Shown: positions 1 to 8,428, counted from the stretch's first letter. The stretch is DNA of 22,145 nt from an uncultured bacterium (GCA_963977445.1 CAXBPH010000100.1:1-22145); one strand, 5' to 3'. Numbers and translations are program-made. Notes: generated by a model not told the origin, from the sequence alone.

Positions 1-15
1 CAAAGATATCGTCAA
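1..15 (-). CDS. Possible 5' end of a gene running off the left edge (M-T-I-S-L...), perhaps fabD
   Basis: The minus strand reads GAGG-cataccaa-TTG ACG ATA TCT TTG. It lies downstream of fabH, where fabD is often found. Only 5 codons are visible, so the identity is a guess. Confidence 0.25.
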
Positions 16-150
16 TTGGTATGCCTCGTGCGGCTACAGTTTAATTTAAAACGCTTTAAAGCTCATCGTCGTGGGTCTGTTTGTCTTTGGCACCCCAACA
101 ACCTATCCGCTTCAAAACATCACGCCGTCGGTGCAGTCCCCGCGCCCCGG

Positions 151-193
151 AAACAGAAAACGCGTTGCGTCCCATCAAGGAAACGCAACGCGT
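151..193 (-). terminator. Intrinsic terminator downstream of fabH
   Basis: Perfect 11-bp stem ACGCGTTGCGT (160-170) / ACGCAACGCGT (183-193), followed on the minus strand by TTTCTGTTT. It starts about 30 nt after the fabH stop. Confidence 0.7.
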
Positions 194-225
194 CGAGAAA
201 ATCTATCGTGGTGGCAGAGTGTCGC

Positions 226-1206
226 CTACCAGCGAATCATGGCGGATGCCCAGGTCAGACCGCCACCAAAGGCCGCGACCAATATGGTGTTGCCTTCCTG
301 GATGCGACCTTCCGCACGGGCCTGATCGATGGCAATGGGAATGGACGCCGCACTGGTATTCGCGACCTTCATGACATTGAGATAGATCTTGTCTTCCGTC
401 AGACCAACCCGCTTCGCGGCGGAATCGATGATCCGCTTGTTGGCCTGGTGGGGAATGAATAGGTCAATATCTTCTACCCCGAGACCCGTTTGTTTAAGGG
501 CCACCTCAATCGCCTCGCCAAAAGCACCAATGGCGCGCTTATAGAGGGCCTGGCCGTTCATGCTGACCCCCCGCTCGATCTTATTGATGTTTTCCGGCGT
601 AATGGGTAGGCGTGACCCGCCCGAAGGGATGGACAGAATTTCGGCCGCACTGCCGTCGGAGCGGGTGTAGGTAGAAATAATCCCGTGTTCCCCTTCCCGG
701 GCCTGAATCACGGCCGCACCGGCACCATCGCCAAATAAAACAGCCGTATCCCGTTTGTCCCAGAGCAGGTGGTCGGAGAGCTTTTCGCCGCCCACCAGGA
801 GGATAGTCTTGTGGACACCTGCGCGGATCAGGGCGTCGGCGTGCTGCAGACCATAGACAAAGCCCGAGCAGGCTGCATTCAGATCACTGGCACCCGCGTT
901 CACGGCTCCCAGATTGTGCTGAATGATGCACGCGCTGGACGGCATAAGAAAGTCCGGCGTTAAGCAGGCGCAGATCACATAGTCGATTTCTTTGGCCGTA
1001 ATACCCGCATCGGCAATCGCTTTTTCTGCGGCCTTCGTACCCATGTCAGAAACGGCCTCAGAGGGATCCGCGAAGTGACGCTGCTCTATACCGGAACGCT
1101 GGCGTATCCATTCGTCGTTGGTATCGACGAACTTCGCCAGGTCATCGTTGGTTACTATTCTTTCAGGCAGGTAATGCCCTGTGCCGGTAATACGGGCATG
1201 GATCAT
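226..1206 (-). CDS. fabH: 3-oxoacyl-ACP synthase III (beta-ketoacyl-ACP synthase III)
   Basis: 326 aa with N-terminal ITGTGHYLP...EWIRQRSGI, catalytic Cys in AACSGF, LFGDGAGA, His in FIPHQAN, Asn in ANTSAASIP, and C-terminal FGGGLTW. Confidence 0.96.
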   Translation of the reverse strand: MIHARITGTGHYLPERIVTNDDLAKFVDTNDEWIRQRSGIEQRHFADPSEAVSDMGTKAAEKAIADAGITAKEIDYVICACLTPDFLMPSSACIIQHNLGAVNAGASDLNAACSGFVYGLQHADALIRAGVHKTILLVGGEKLSDHLLWDKRDTAVLFGDGAGAAVIQAREGEHGIISTYTRSDGSAAEILSIPSGGSRLPITPENINKIERGVSMNGQALYKRAIGAFGEAIEVALKQTGLGVEDIDLFIPHQANKRIIDSAAKRVGLTEDKIYLNVMKVANTSAASIPIAIDQARAEGRIQEGNTILVAAFGGGLTWASAMIRW

Positions 1207-1457
1207 GATCTTGTGTCTCCAAGCGGGTTGCTACTTCCACGCCGAACGATGACACACACTTTCCGGGACGTTGGAAGGGTAAGCAGGTGGGGTATTGTGT
1301 CATACTCGGGGTATAAAATGAAAACTGACCGGCAAAAAGAGGCAATAAAAACGGGCACAATCTACCGCCCGTTAGGTAAAATCCGCCGCCTGCGGGCTGC
1401 ACCGAACTGGGCACGCAATTACGCCATCGGTAGCGCAATCCACCCACCCCGCCCCAT

Positions 1458-2741
1458 CTATTCCAGGTAACCCAGCGATTCAAGGGCCTTCCAGTCGTCT
1501 GTATTCAGGTTCTCGGTACCCTGCGCGCCCTGCGGCGTCGCCTCTTCCCAATTCCTGATGCGCTCCACCATGGTGGTCATCCGTTCCGGTTCGGCACCCG
1601 ACCGATCGGACAATTCTCCGGGATCGTCCGGCAGAAAAAACAATTGCCCCTTATCCCCATCGAGGATGAGCTTCCATCCATCCTGGATAACCCCCTGGCG
1701 CATGGGGCCCGCGTCGGCCATGACCCCCTTCACTCCGGGCACATTGGGCACGGCACCCCCGTAGGTTTCGATGACCCGGGCGCGATGAGGTGGAATGGTA
1801 TCGTGAATCAGATCAAGCCCCACCATACTGTCAGGCCGGGGTAGATTGGCCAGACCCAGGAGGGTGGGGCCCACATCGATACCGCGGGCGGGCGCGGTCG
1901 AGCGGCCCGGAGCCACCCCGTCGGCCCGAATGATGAGAGGAATGTGCATGTTCGTCTGATGAATGCGTCGGCCGTGGCCCAGGTAGTCATGCTCATAGAG
2001 ACTTTCGCCGTGATCTCCGACGAACAGTACGTGGGTATTCTCGGGCAGGGCCTTCAGAATGGTGTTGATTTCGTTGTCGGTAAAGGCCACTTCCGAGTCA
2101 TACTTGGCGCGAACTTTTTCTTTCCTATCCAGCCGCCAGGGCTGGGTGTTTGTCGGATTAAAGTCCTTGTGGAGCGTATAGGGGGCGTGGGGATCGGAAT
2201 AGTGGATCCAGGCAAAGAAAGGTGCCTCGGGATCACGTTTTTCCAGAAACTCGAGGGCCAGACGGGTCACTTCGTCGCCATCCCGCTCAGCCTTGATGAT
2301 CCCCCACCGTTTCTTGTGAAAATCATCATCGTAGTCGTCAAAGCCCCGGCCCAGACCACTGAGCTTGTTCTTCAGGGTCCAGTTACTCTGCACACTGAAG
2401 GTGTAGTATCCCGCCGCCTGGAACTGCTCGGCAACCAGAGGCACGGTCGCTGGCATGGCGAGCCCATTGCGCGTGGTACCGGTCATCCGGGGAAAACGAC
2501 TGCTGTGCATGGAGCCAAAGGAGGGGTTGGTGAGGGGGGTCTCGCACACCGCATCTTCGAAGAGCAGTGCCGAGGCCGCGAAGGCATCAAGGTGGGGGCT
2601 GGTCTCCAGGGGATAACCATAGACCCCCAGACGGTCGGCACGAAGGGTGTCCACCGACAGGAGCACCACATTGGGCATTTCAGCACCGATGGCGCCGGTC
2701 GAAATAAGGATGGAAAAAAGCGTAGTAATGATAGTTTTCAC
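1458..2741 (-). CDS. Secreted sulfatase-like hydrolase/transferase (alkaline phosphatase superfamily)
   Basis: Motifs PNVVLLSVDTLRAD, PFFAWIHYSDPHAPY, YDSEV, GDHGE and GHG, with a C-terminal LESLGY. A GTG start at 2741 gives the signal-peptide-like MKTIITTLFSILISTGAIG. TTG at 2780 is an alternative start. Confidence 0.85.
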   Translation of the reverse strand: MKTIITTLFSILISTGAIGAEMPNVVLLSVDTLRADRLGVYGYPLETSPHLDAFAASALLFEDAVCETPLTNPSFGSMHSSRFPRMTGTTRNGLAMPATVPLVAEQFQAAGYYTFSVQSNWTLKNKLSGLGRGFDDYDDDFHKKRWGIIKAERDGDEVTRLALEFLEKRDPEAPFFAWIHYSDPHAPYTLHKDFNPTNTQPWRLDRKEKVRAKYDSEVAFTDNEINTILKALPENTHVLFVGDHGESLYEHDYLGHGRRIHQTNMHIPLIIRADGVAPGRSTAPARGIDVGPTLLGLANLPRPDSMVGLDLIHDTIPPHRARVIETYGGAVPNVPGVKGVMADAGPMRQGVIQDGWKLILDGDKGQLFFLPDDPGELSDRSGAEPERMTTMVERIRNWEEATPQGAQGTENLNTDDWKALESLGYLE

Positions 2742-2816
2742 GAGGGGGCCTGTTAACGAGTAGGGGCCAACCCGACGCAAGGCATCACGCTGCCTCAGGG
2801 GTCAGCGGTTGCGGAT

Positions 2817-3251
2817 TTACTGCTTGAAACTGATCGTGAGGGGCATGTGGACGGACAAGGTGCCGATTTCACCCTCATCACCCCGGATAGGTACGGCAAC
2901 GCCGTCGGACCGGTAGGCGGTAAAGGTGAGGTTAAAGTCTCCCGGCGGGGCCTGCAGCGGCACCAGCACGGCCAGAGACCAGATGCCGTCGCCCGCTTTT
3001 ACATCGCCTTCTTGCCCGTCATCATGGAGCTTCAATTTTCGGGAGGGCTCTTCTTCGATAATACCCACGATAGAAGCCACGATTTCGTTCTTATCTTTCA
3101 CGCTGATCGTCACAAGGGCCGTGTCGCCTGGATGCAGCGCCACGGGGCTGATAGCGGAATCAACAAACATGGGCACACCGCCGAGCGAATTACAGCCCGC
3201 AAGCAGGGGTACCATGGTGAACAAAACAGCCGTAAGAACGTGAGATTTCAT
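2817..3251 (-). CDS. Small lipoprotein with a choice-of-anchor X-like (DDG...D..AGDG.W) Ig-like domain
   Basis: Lipobox LAGC follows a hydrophobic stretch, and the motif LHDDGQEGDVKAGDGIWS is present. GGAG lies 7 nt upstream of the ATG at 3251. The gene ends 36-75 nt upstream of the sulfatase-like gene, depending on which start is used. Confidence 0.75.
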   Translation of the reverse strand: MKSHVLTAVLFTMVPLLAGCNSLGGVPMFVDSAISPVALHPGDTALVTISVKDKNEIVASIVGIIEEEPSRKLKLHDDGQEGDVKAGDGIWSLAVLVPLQAPPGDFNLTFTAYRSDGVAVPIRGDEGEIGTLSVHMPLTISFKQ

Positions 3252-3473
3252 GTACATACTCCACCCGAAAGGACCGGGGAAACTTCGTCAGACTCTATGG
3301 TTAACGCACCGCCCCAGGAAGCGGTTGACGGCACAACAGATTGCGTGCCATCAGAGACCTAAGCCTATCCCAGCTATTGTAGTTGAGTCAAACCACGGGC
3401 GGTCGAGAATACCGGCGCGATTACGTCGTGACGACCAGGATCCTTGTCCCCGGTAACCTCACGACGGCACGGC

Positions 3474-6290
3474 CTACTCAATCACCAGCCACGTGAACCC
3501 TTCGGCAGGGACCGTCACCTTGATATCGATGGTGTAGTCACGATTCAGGGTGTATTCCTGCGGCGCACCCCGTTCCTGTCGAACCGTGGCCGTATCCGCC
3601 AGGCCGGTGTAGTAGAGATTGGGCTTCAGGGTCCGGGTAACCCCTTCCGTGAGGGGGTTGAAGACCACGAGCATACCCTTGTGTTCCAGCCCCGGATTAA
3701 CGTGAAGCATCCAGTCCACATCGCGACCATCGGCCCGACGGCCATGGACCAGGTCGCTCTCGAGGATGTCCCGGTATTCCTTAAACCAGGCCACACTCCG
3801 TTGCACCATGTCCTTCGTCCGGGCCGTATCAAAGAGTCGTGGACCCCGGTAGCACGCCTGCACGCCCAGGGCCAGGTTGCTCATCATCATGCGCTCGTAG
3901 TGGTCCAGGTGTTCATCCAGGGGCTCAATGGTGGCCGCTTCGCCGCCGCCGTGGTATTCCGTAAGAGGCACAAACATCCACCCCATACTCGGGATCTTCT
4001 CCCGGGAACCGTCGTAGATATTCTGCCGCGTGTGCATCACCTGTTCGGCACGGGGCAAGGACCAGTTGGTCTCTCGATAGCCCATACCGCACTTGCTGGA
4101 CCCGGCGAGGTAGTAGTAGTCGGGCACGTTGAGATAAATACCCTGACCACGACACCACCGGTAGAATTCGGCAATGCGCTGATATTGATTCCATCGGGAG
4201 TCGTTGAGGCCCTTGTGCCCGGGGTGGGTCGTCGACGTACACACGTCACCGGGGTAGGAACCATCGTGTTCCAGCAGGTTGAAGCCGGTTTTTTCGTAGA
4301 ACTGATAGAGTTTTCGGAAGTAATCCTGTCCCCAGGCACTTTCAAGACAGGGCGAATTGCCAAAGGTCGGCGACTGGCCTTCGGGCATAACCACATCATC
4401 CGCCACACTGACCGAGCGCGACGCCAGCAGCGAATAGCCCCCCAACTCAACGCCCTTTTCATGGGCATAGTCGGCGTAGCCTTTCATTTTAGCCAGATAG
4501 TCATCGCTGTCATCTTCGATGTTAAACCCGCTGCCAAAGGTCAGAATCACCATCTCAAAGCCCACTTCAGAACACTGGTCGATGGCCAGCTTTACCTGCT
4601 CCCAATCCGCAAATCGGGCATGCATCATGAGGGGGTTCTCGGTAACCCAGGGCGCTATGGTGCGATAGAGCCGGCGCAACGCGAGCCCCTGACGATCGCG
4701 ATCGTAGCTGTCGTGGGGCAGCATGAAGGTGCGGAAGGTCGTGAAGACTTCGCCGGGAGCCAGTGCTTTCTCCGGGCCAATCTCAGGGCTCACCTCCAAC
4801 AAACAGGGTGTCGTTCGTTGGTAGTTTACCTGGGTCTTATAGTCCGGGTCGGGATTCCAATGGACCACATGGTCGTTTGCGTCTTCCGCGTTGAAGCTGG
4901 AAAAGGCGTAGTCCGTCTCTACGTGGATATTGGGATGGGTGAGGCCATAGGCCGGGGTCTCCACGGCCGATCCATCTTCCACCGCCGCTAGTATTTCGCT
5001 CGTAAACCGATTGACAACGATTTGCTGTGGGCTGTTATTGGTCACCGTGATCCATTTCGAGAGCGCAGGGATGCCGTCGTAGAGTTCATAATGAACGGAG
5101 ACACCAATCTGTTTTTTCGCAGACGCTGCGTCGGCATCGGCGGCCAGGGCGGTCTCATCGATCTCGCCATAGGCGGCGAAATGCTCAAAAGCCAACCGGA
5201 CGAGACCTCCGGAAGCCTGGTGGTCTTCGTCGCCCCCCCGTATATCCATTTTGCCGAGCCGCACCGAATCGGGCGTGCCGAGGCCCTCCGGAAGTTCGAC
5301 AGATGTAATCGTCTGCCATGGCGCGCTCCCGACACGGGCCTCACAAAAGAGTGTACGGCCTTCTCGCCGCATCCGCAGGCTCCAGGCCTTGCCCAGCTCC
5401 AGGGGGCCAAGGGTACCCAGGTCCACCCGTTCCTCGGTACCGTCCCACAGGCCAAAGGACCCGCCTCCGGGGCGCAGGTTGAACTTGATGACCCTCTCCG
5501 GCCACACCAGGGCCAATCCCGGTCCCCAGCTCGAACTGCGGTCGGTGCCGAGGTTAAGGGTCACTTCGACGAGCGCCGTGCCCGCTGGAAGGGGCCGCTC
5601 AACGTGGACGTGGGTATTCTCCGGGGTATAGATCTCGCCGACCTTGCCTTCGTTGGTGAAGGAACTTCGGGGATGTCCGGAAGTGGCGTGAGTCGCCCAC
5701 GCAACATCAAGGGCTGTAAAACTGTCGGTGAGCAACGTTTTCCGTCCGAGCTCACTGGTGGCCGTCGCGGCGATGGCCTTGTCCCCATCGACCCCGGGCA
5801 TGCGGTAGTCCATCCGTAAATGCACCCCCTTCGGTGGCCAGGTCACATCCGGCGCATGATGGCGCACCGGGTCCCAATCCATACGGGCCTCAATGTCCCC
5901 CACCTCATAGCCCACGTATTGGAAGGCATCGGGTTGCGCCGTAAGGGATGCTATCCACTCCGGCCGGAGAAAGGCATAGTTGGGCTGGCCAGCAAGGCCC
6001 CCAATCGCGTAGTCCAGCCCGTCAATGGTCACCTGGGCCTCGGGCTTTACGCCGCGGAGGATGGCCTCTCCCGTCGCAAGATTATCAAAGCCGACCGTCG
6101 CGGCATTGGGGGAAATTTTAAAGGTCCGTCGGATGAGACCATTGGACAGAGCGATCTCCTCCGTATCCTTGTTCACCGTCAGCGCGGCGGGAAAGGGCTC
6201 CCCATCGAGGAGCCAGTCGGTCGCGTTGACCATAGGGGCAGACAGGTTCAGGGCAAGACCGAAAGCGAGCAGGCTTCGTGAAATAAGCAC
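3474..6290 (-). CDS. Secreted alpha-galactosidase-like (clan GH-D-like) glycoside hydrolase, 938 aa
   Basis: Signal peptide, N-terminal LSNGLIRRTF beta-domain and VHYELYDGIP...KWITVTN. The barrel region has AIDQCSEVGFEMVILTFGSG, CLESAWG and LLEHDGSYPGD (candidate nucleophile Asp). GTG start preceded by GGAG. Substrate not determinable. Confidence 0.72.
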   Translation of the reverse strand: MLISRSLLAFGLALNLSAPMVNATDWLLDGEPFPAALTVNKDTEEIALSNGLIRRTFKISPNAATVGFDNLATGEAILRGVKPEAQVTIDGLDYAIGGLAGQPNYAFLRPEWIASLTAQPDAFQYVGYEVGDIEARMDWDPVRHHAPDVTWPPKGVHLRMDYRMPGVDGDKAIAATATSELGRKTLLTDSFTALDVAWATHATSGHPRSSFTNEGKVGEIYTPENTHVHVERPLPAGTALVEVTLNLGTDRSSSWGPGLALVWPERVIKFNLRPGGGSFGLWDGTEERVDLGTLGPLELGKAWSLRMRREGRTLFCEARVGSAPWQTITSVELPEGLGTPDSVRLGKMDIRGGDEDHQASGGLVRLAFEHFAAYGEIDETALAADADAASAKKQIGVSVHYELYDGIPALSKWITVTNNSPQQIVVNRFTSEILAAVEDGSAVETPAYGLTHPNIHVETDYAFSSFNAEDANDHVVHWNPDPDYKTQVNYQRTTPCLLEVSPEIGPEKALAPGEVFTTFRTFMLPHDSYDRDRQGLALRRLYRTIAPWVTENPLMMHARFADWEQVKLAIDQCSEVGFEMVILTFGSGFNIEDDSDDYLAKMKGYADYAHEKGVELGGYSLLASRSVSVADDVVMPEGQSPTFGNSPCLESAWGQDYFRKLYQFYEKTGFNLLEHDGSYPGDVCTSTTHPGHKGLNDSRWNQYQRIAEFYRWCRGQGIYLNVPDYYYLAGSSKCGMGYRETNWSLPRAEQVMHTRQNIYDGSREKIPSMGWMFVPLTEYHGGGEAATIEPLDEHLDHYERMMMSNLALGVQACYRGPRLFDTARTKDMVQRSVAWFKEYRDILESDLVHGRRADGRDVDWMLHVNPGLEHKGMLVVFNPLTEGVTRTLKPNLYYTGLADTATVRQERGAPQEYTLNRDYTIDIKVTVPAEGFTWLVIE

Positions 6291-6432
6291 AGACAGGTAT
6301 CTCCATTGAAATCAGGAACGATAGAAAGCGTTGACAGATAAAACTGGGTTTTAAATACGATTGGCACACGGGCACCGGTACCATTTTTCGGAGAAAGGAT
6401 TCATCCTTCCATCACGGTCCCCCACCGGCCCA

Positions 6433-6462
6433 TTGCACGGTACGGCGCTAAACCCGTATGCT
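6433..6462 (+). promoter_or_regulatory. Candidate sigma70 promoter for the BNR protein gene
   Basis: TTGCAC-N18-TATGCT about 48 nt upstream of the ATG at 6510. Confidence 0.35.
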
Positions 6463-6509
6463 TGTTATGTATTTTTGACGTCCAATTAACTACGAAAAGG
6501 AATTATCCC

Positions 6510-7583
6510 ATGAAACAAACCCAGTTGGGTCTTTTACTGGTGCTGGCGGTCTTCGCCGCACCAGTGATGGCCGACGACGACGTGAAAATCGAAAAAGTCA
6601 TCGGCACCGAGCATCCGGGCGAATACAAGCACCCGGCCTGTATCACCGAACTCGACAATGGCGACCTCTTCATCACCTATTATGGCGGTGGTGGTGAATA
6701 TGAAGACGAGTCTAAAGTCTACGGCATTCGGCGGAAGAAAGGCGAGACCACCTGGTCGGAACCCCAATTGCTGGCCGACACCCCTTTTCGCGGCGAAGGC
6801 AACGGCATCGTCTGGCAGGCCCCCGATGGCCTGGTCTGGCTGTTCTACGTGCAGCGCTACGGCGACACCTGGTCCGAAACCCGCATCAAAGCCAAAATCT
6901 CCGAAGACGGAGCACACACCTGGTCCGATTCCATGGTCCTCGATTTTGAAATGGGCACCATGGCCCGGGGACGTCCCATCGTGTTGAACAATGGGAACTA
7001 CCTGCTCCCCGTGTATCACGAAGCCGGTAGCGACCGGGAACAGATGACCGCAGAGACCGCGTCCTTCTTCCTGGTCCACGATCCGAAAACCCGCACCTGG
7101 ACGCCCACAAAACGCATCTTTTCGAAGATTGGCAACCTCCAGCCTGAGCCGGTCCAGATTACCGATGACTATCTCGTGGCCTACTGCCGGGTGGCCGGGG
7201 ACTATGAACCCAGCGAAACGCGCTTCATGATTCGCGCCGAATCCCACGATGGCGGCATGACCTGGAGTAAGGGGGAAGATTCCCAGTTCCCCAACCCCAA
7301 CGCGGCGCTAAGCTTCATCAAGTTGCAGAACGGCCACTTGCTCCTTGCCTACAACGACAACATGAACGACCGCAATCCCCTCACCATCGCCATATCTGAA
7401 GACAACGACAAGACCTGGACCCACAAGCGGGATATTGGCACCGACATGAAGAACACCTACGCCTACCCCATGGCGATCCAGGCAAAAGACGGCACCATCT
7501 ACGTGGTCTACACGACCGACGTACGAAAAACCGTCATGCTGTCAACCTTCCAGGAAGACGCCATCCTCGGCCACACCAAATAA
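6510..7583 (+). CDS. Secreted BNR/Asp-box beta-propeller, sialidase (exo-alpha-sialidase)-like protein
   Basis: ATG at 6510 preceded by AAGGA, with signal peptide MKQTQLGLLLVLAVFAAPVMA. Asp-boxes SEDGAHTW, SHDGGMTW and SEDNDKTW, plus HPACITELDNGDL, LQP, RNPL and YAYP motifs typical of the BNR_2 family. Confidence 0.85.
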   Translation: MKQTQLGLLLVLAVFAAPVMADDDVKIEKVIGTEHPGEYKHPACITELDNGDLFITYYGGGGEYEDESKVYGIRRKKGETTWSEPQLLADTPFRGEGNGIVWQAPDGLVWLFYVQRYGDTWSETRIKAKISEDGAHTWSDSMVLDFEMGTMARGRPIVLNNGNYLLPVYHEAGSDREQMTAETASFFLVHDPKTRTWTPTKRIFSKIGNLQPEPVQITDDYLVAYCRVAGDYEPSETRFMIRAESHDGGMTWSKGEDSQFPNPNAALSFIKLQNGHLLLAYNDNMNDRNPLTIAISEDNDKTWTHKRDIGTDMKNTYAYPMAIQAKDGTIYVVYTTDVRKTVMLSTFQEDAILGHTK

Positions 7584-7615
7584 TTACCGGGGCGACAAGG
7601 CCCACGACCAGAAAC

Positions 7616-7675
7616 AAAAAATGCGAGGTTGTTCTCCCGATCACAACGGTCGGAGAGCAGCCTCGCCTTTTATTT
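7616..7675. terminator. Probable bidirectional intrinsic terminator
   Basis: Long stem GCGAGGTTGTTCTCCCGATC / GGTCGGAGAGCAGCCTCGC (7623-7666, with G-U pairs), flanked by AAAAAA on the left and TTTTATTT on the right. It lies between convergent genes. Confidence 0.75.
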
Positions 7676-7708
7676 GGGTTTATGGGCAAAACGAGCCTGG
7701 GCGATCAG

Positions 7709-8363
7709 CGGGCTGACTTGGTCTCCGGCAGGAATGCCGGAGCGCCTCAAAGACGACTCCCTATAGGGGCTTAGGCGTTCCTGCCCACCTCCGGCGCGTC
7801 CAAGTCCTGAGACAAGGCCCACCAAGAGACATACAAGGGCCATCTACGCCATGGAATCGCCAAGGGAAGCCTTACAACGTCATCCCCGCACGCGGAGATC
7901 CAGTATGCAATCACGGGTTGCAGGTTTCAATACCGTTTATTCATGCCTGGCGAGTCGGGCTGACTTAGTCTCCGGCAGGAATGCCGGAGCTCCTCAAAGA
8001 CGGCTCCCTATAGGGGCTTAGGCATTCCTGCCTGAGACAAGGCCCACCAAGAGACATACAAGGGCCATCTACACCATGGAATCGCCAAGGGAAGCCTTAC
8101 AACGTCATCCCCGCACGCAGTGGTCCAGTAATGCAAACACGAATTGCATGTTTCAATACCTATTATTCATGCCTGACGAGGCGGGCTGACTTAGTCTCCG
8201 GCAGGAATGCCGGAGCGCCTCAAAGACGGCTCCCTATAGGGGCTTAGGCATTCCTGCCCACCTCCGGCGCGTCCAAGTCCTGAGACAAGGCCCACCAAGA
8301 GACATACAAGGGCCATCTACGCCATGGAATCGCCAAGGGAACGCTTTACAACATCGTCCTCGC
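7709..8363. repeat. Tandem array of ~2.7 copies of a ~247-nt structured unit (REP/BIME-like mosaic)
   Basis: Units begin CGGGCTGACTT at 7709, 7956 and 8182 (periods 247 and 226) and are near-identical. Copy 2 lacks a 22-nt segment and copy 3 is truncated near 8363. Each unit carries the hairpin CTCCGGCA-GGAA-TGCCGGAG and an inverted partner. Confidence 0.95.
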
Positions 8364-8428
8364 CTTCAGGGAAACAAATCGCTAAACTCGAATATAGCCC
8401 GGCATTCCACCTGCCACCAACCAATCGT

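Noticed and set aside
3444..6281. Long plus-strand ORFs (515, 265 and 153 aa)
   Set aside because: Antisense to the glycoside hydrolase gene. Such shadows are expected with GC-rich codon usage.
7851..8021. 56-aa ORF MESPREALQRHP... in the repeat unit
   Set aside because: The equivalent ORF is frameshifted in copy 2 and diverges in copy 3. The indels (22 nt and 1 nt) are not multiples of three.
7709..8363. CRISPR array (GTCATCCCCGCACGCG and GTTTCAATAC resemble CRISPR repeat fragments)
   Set aside because: The period is 226-247 nt, the intervening sequence is conserved rather than made of unique spacers, and no cas genes are in the window.
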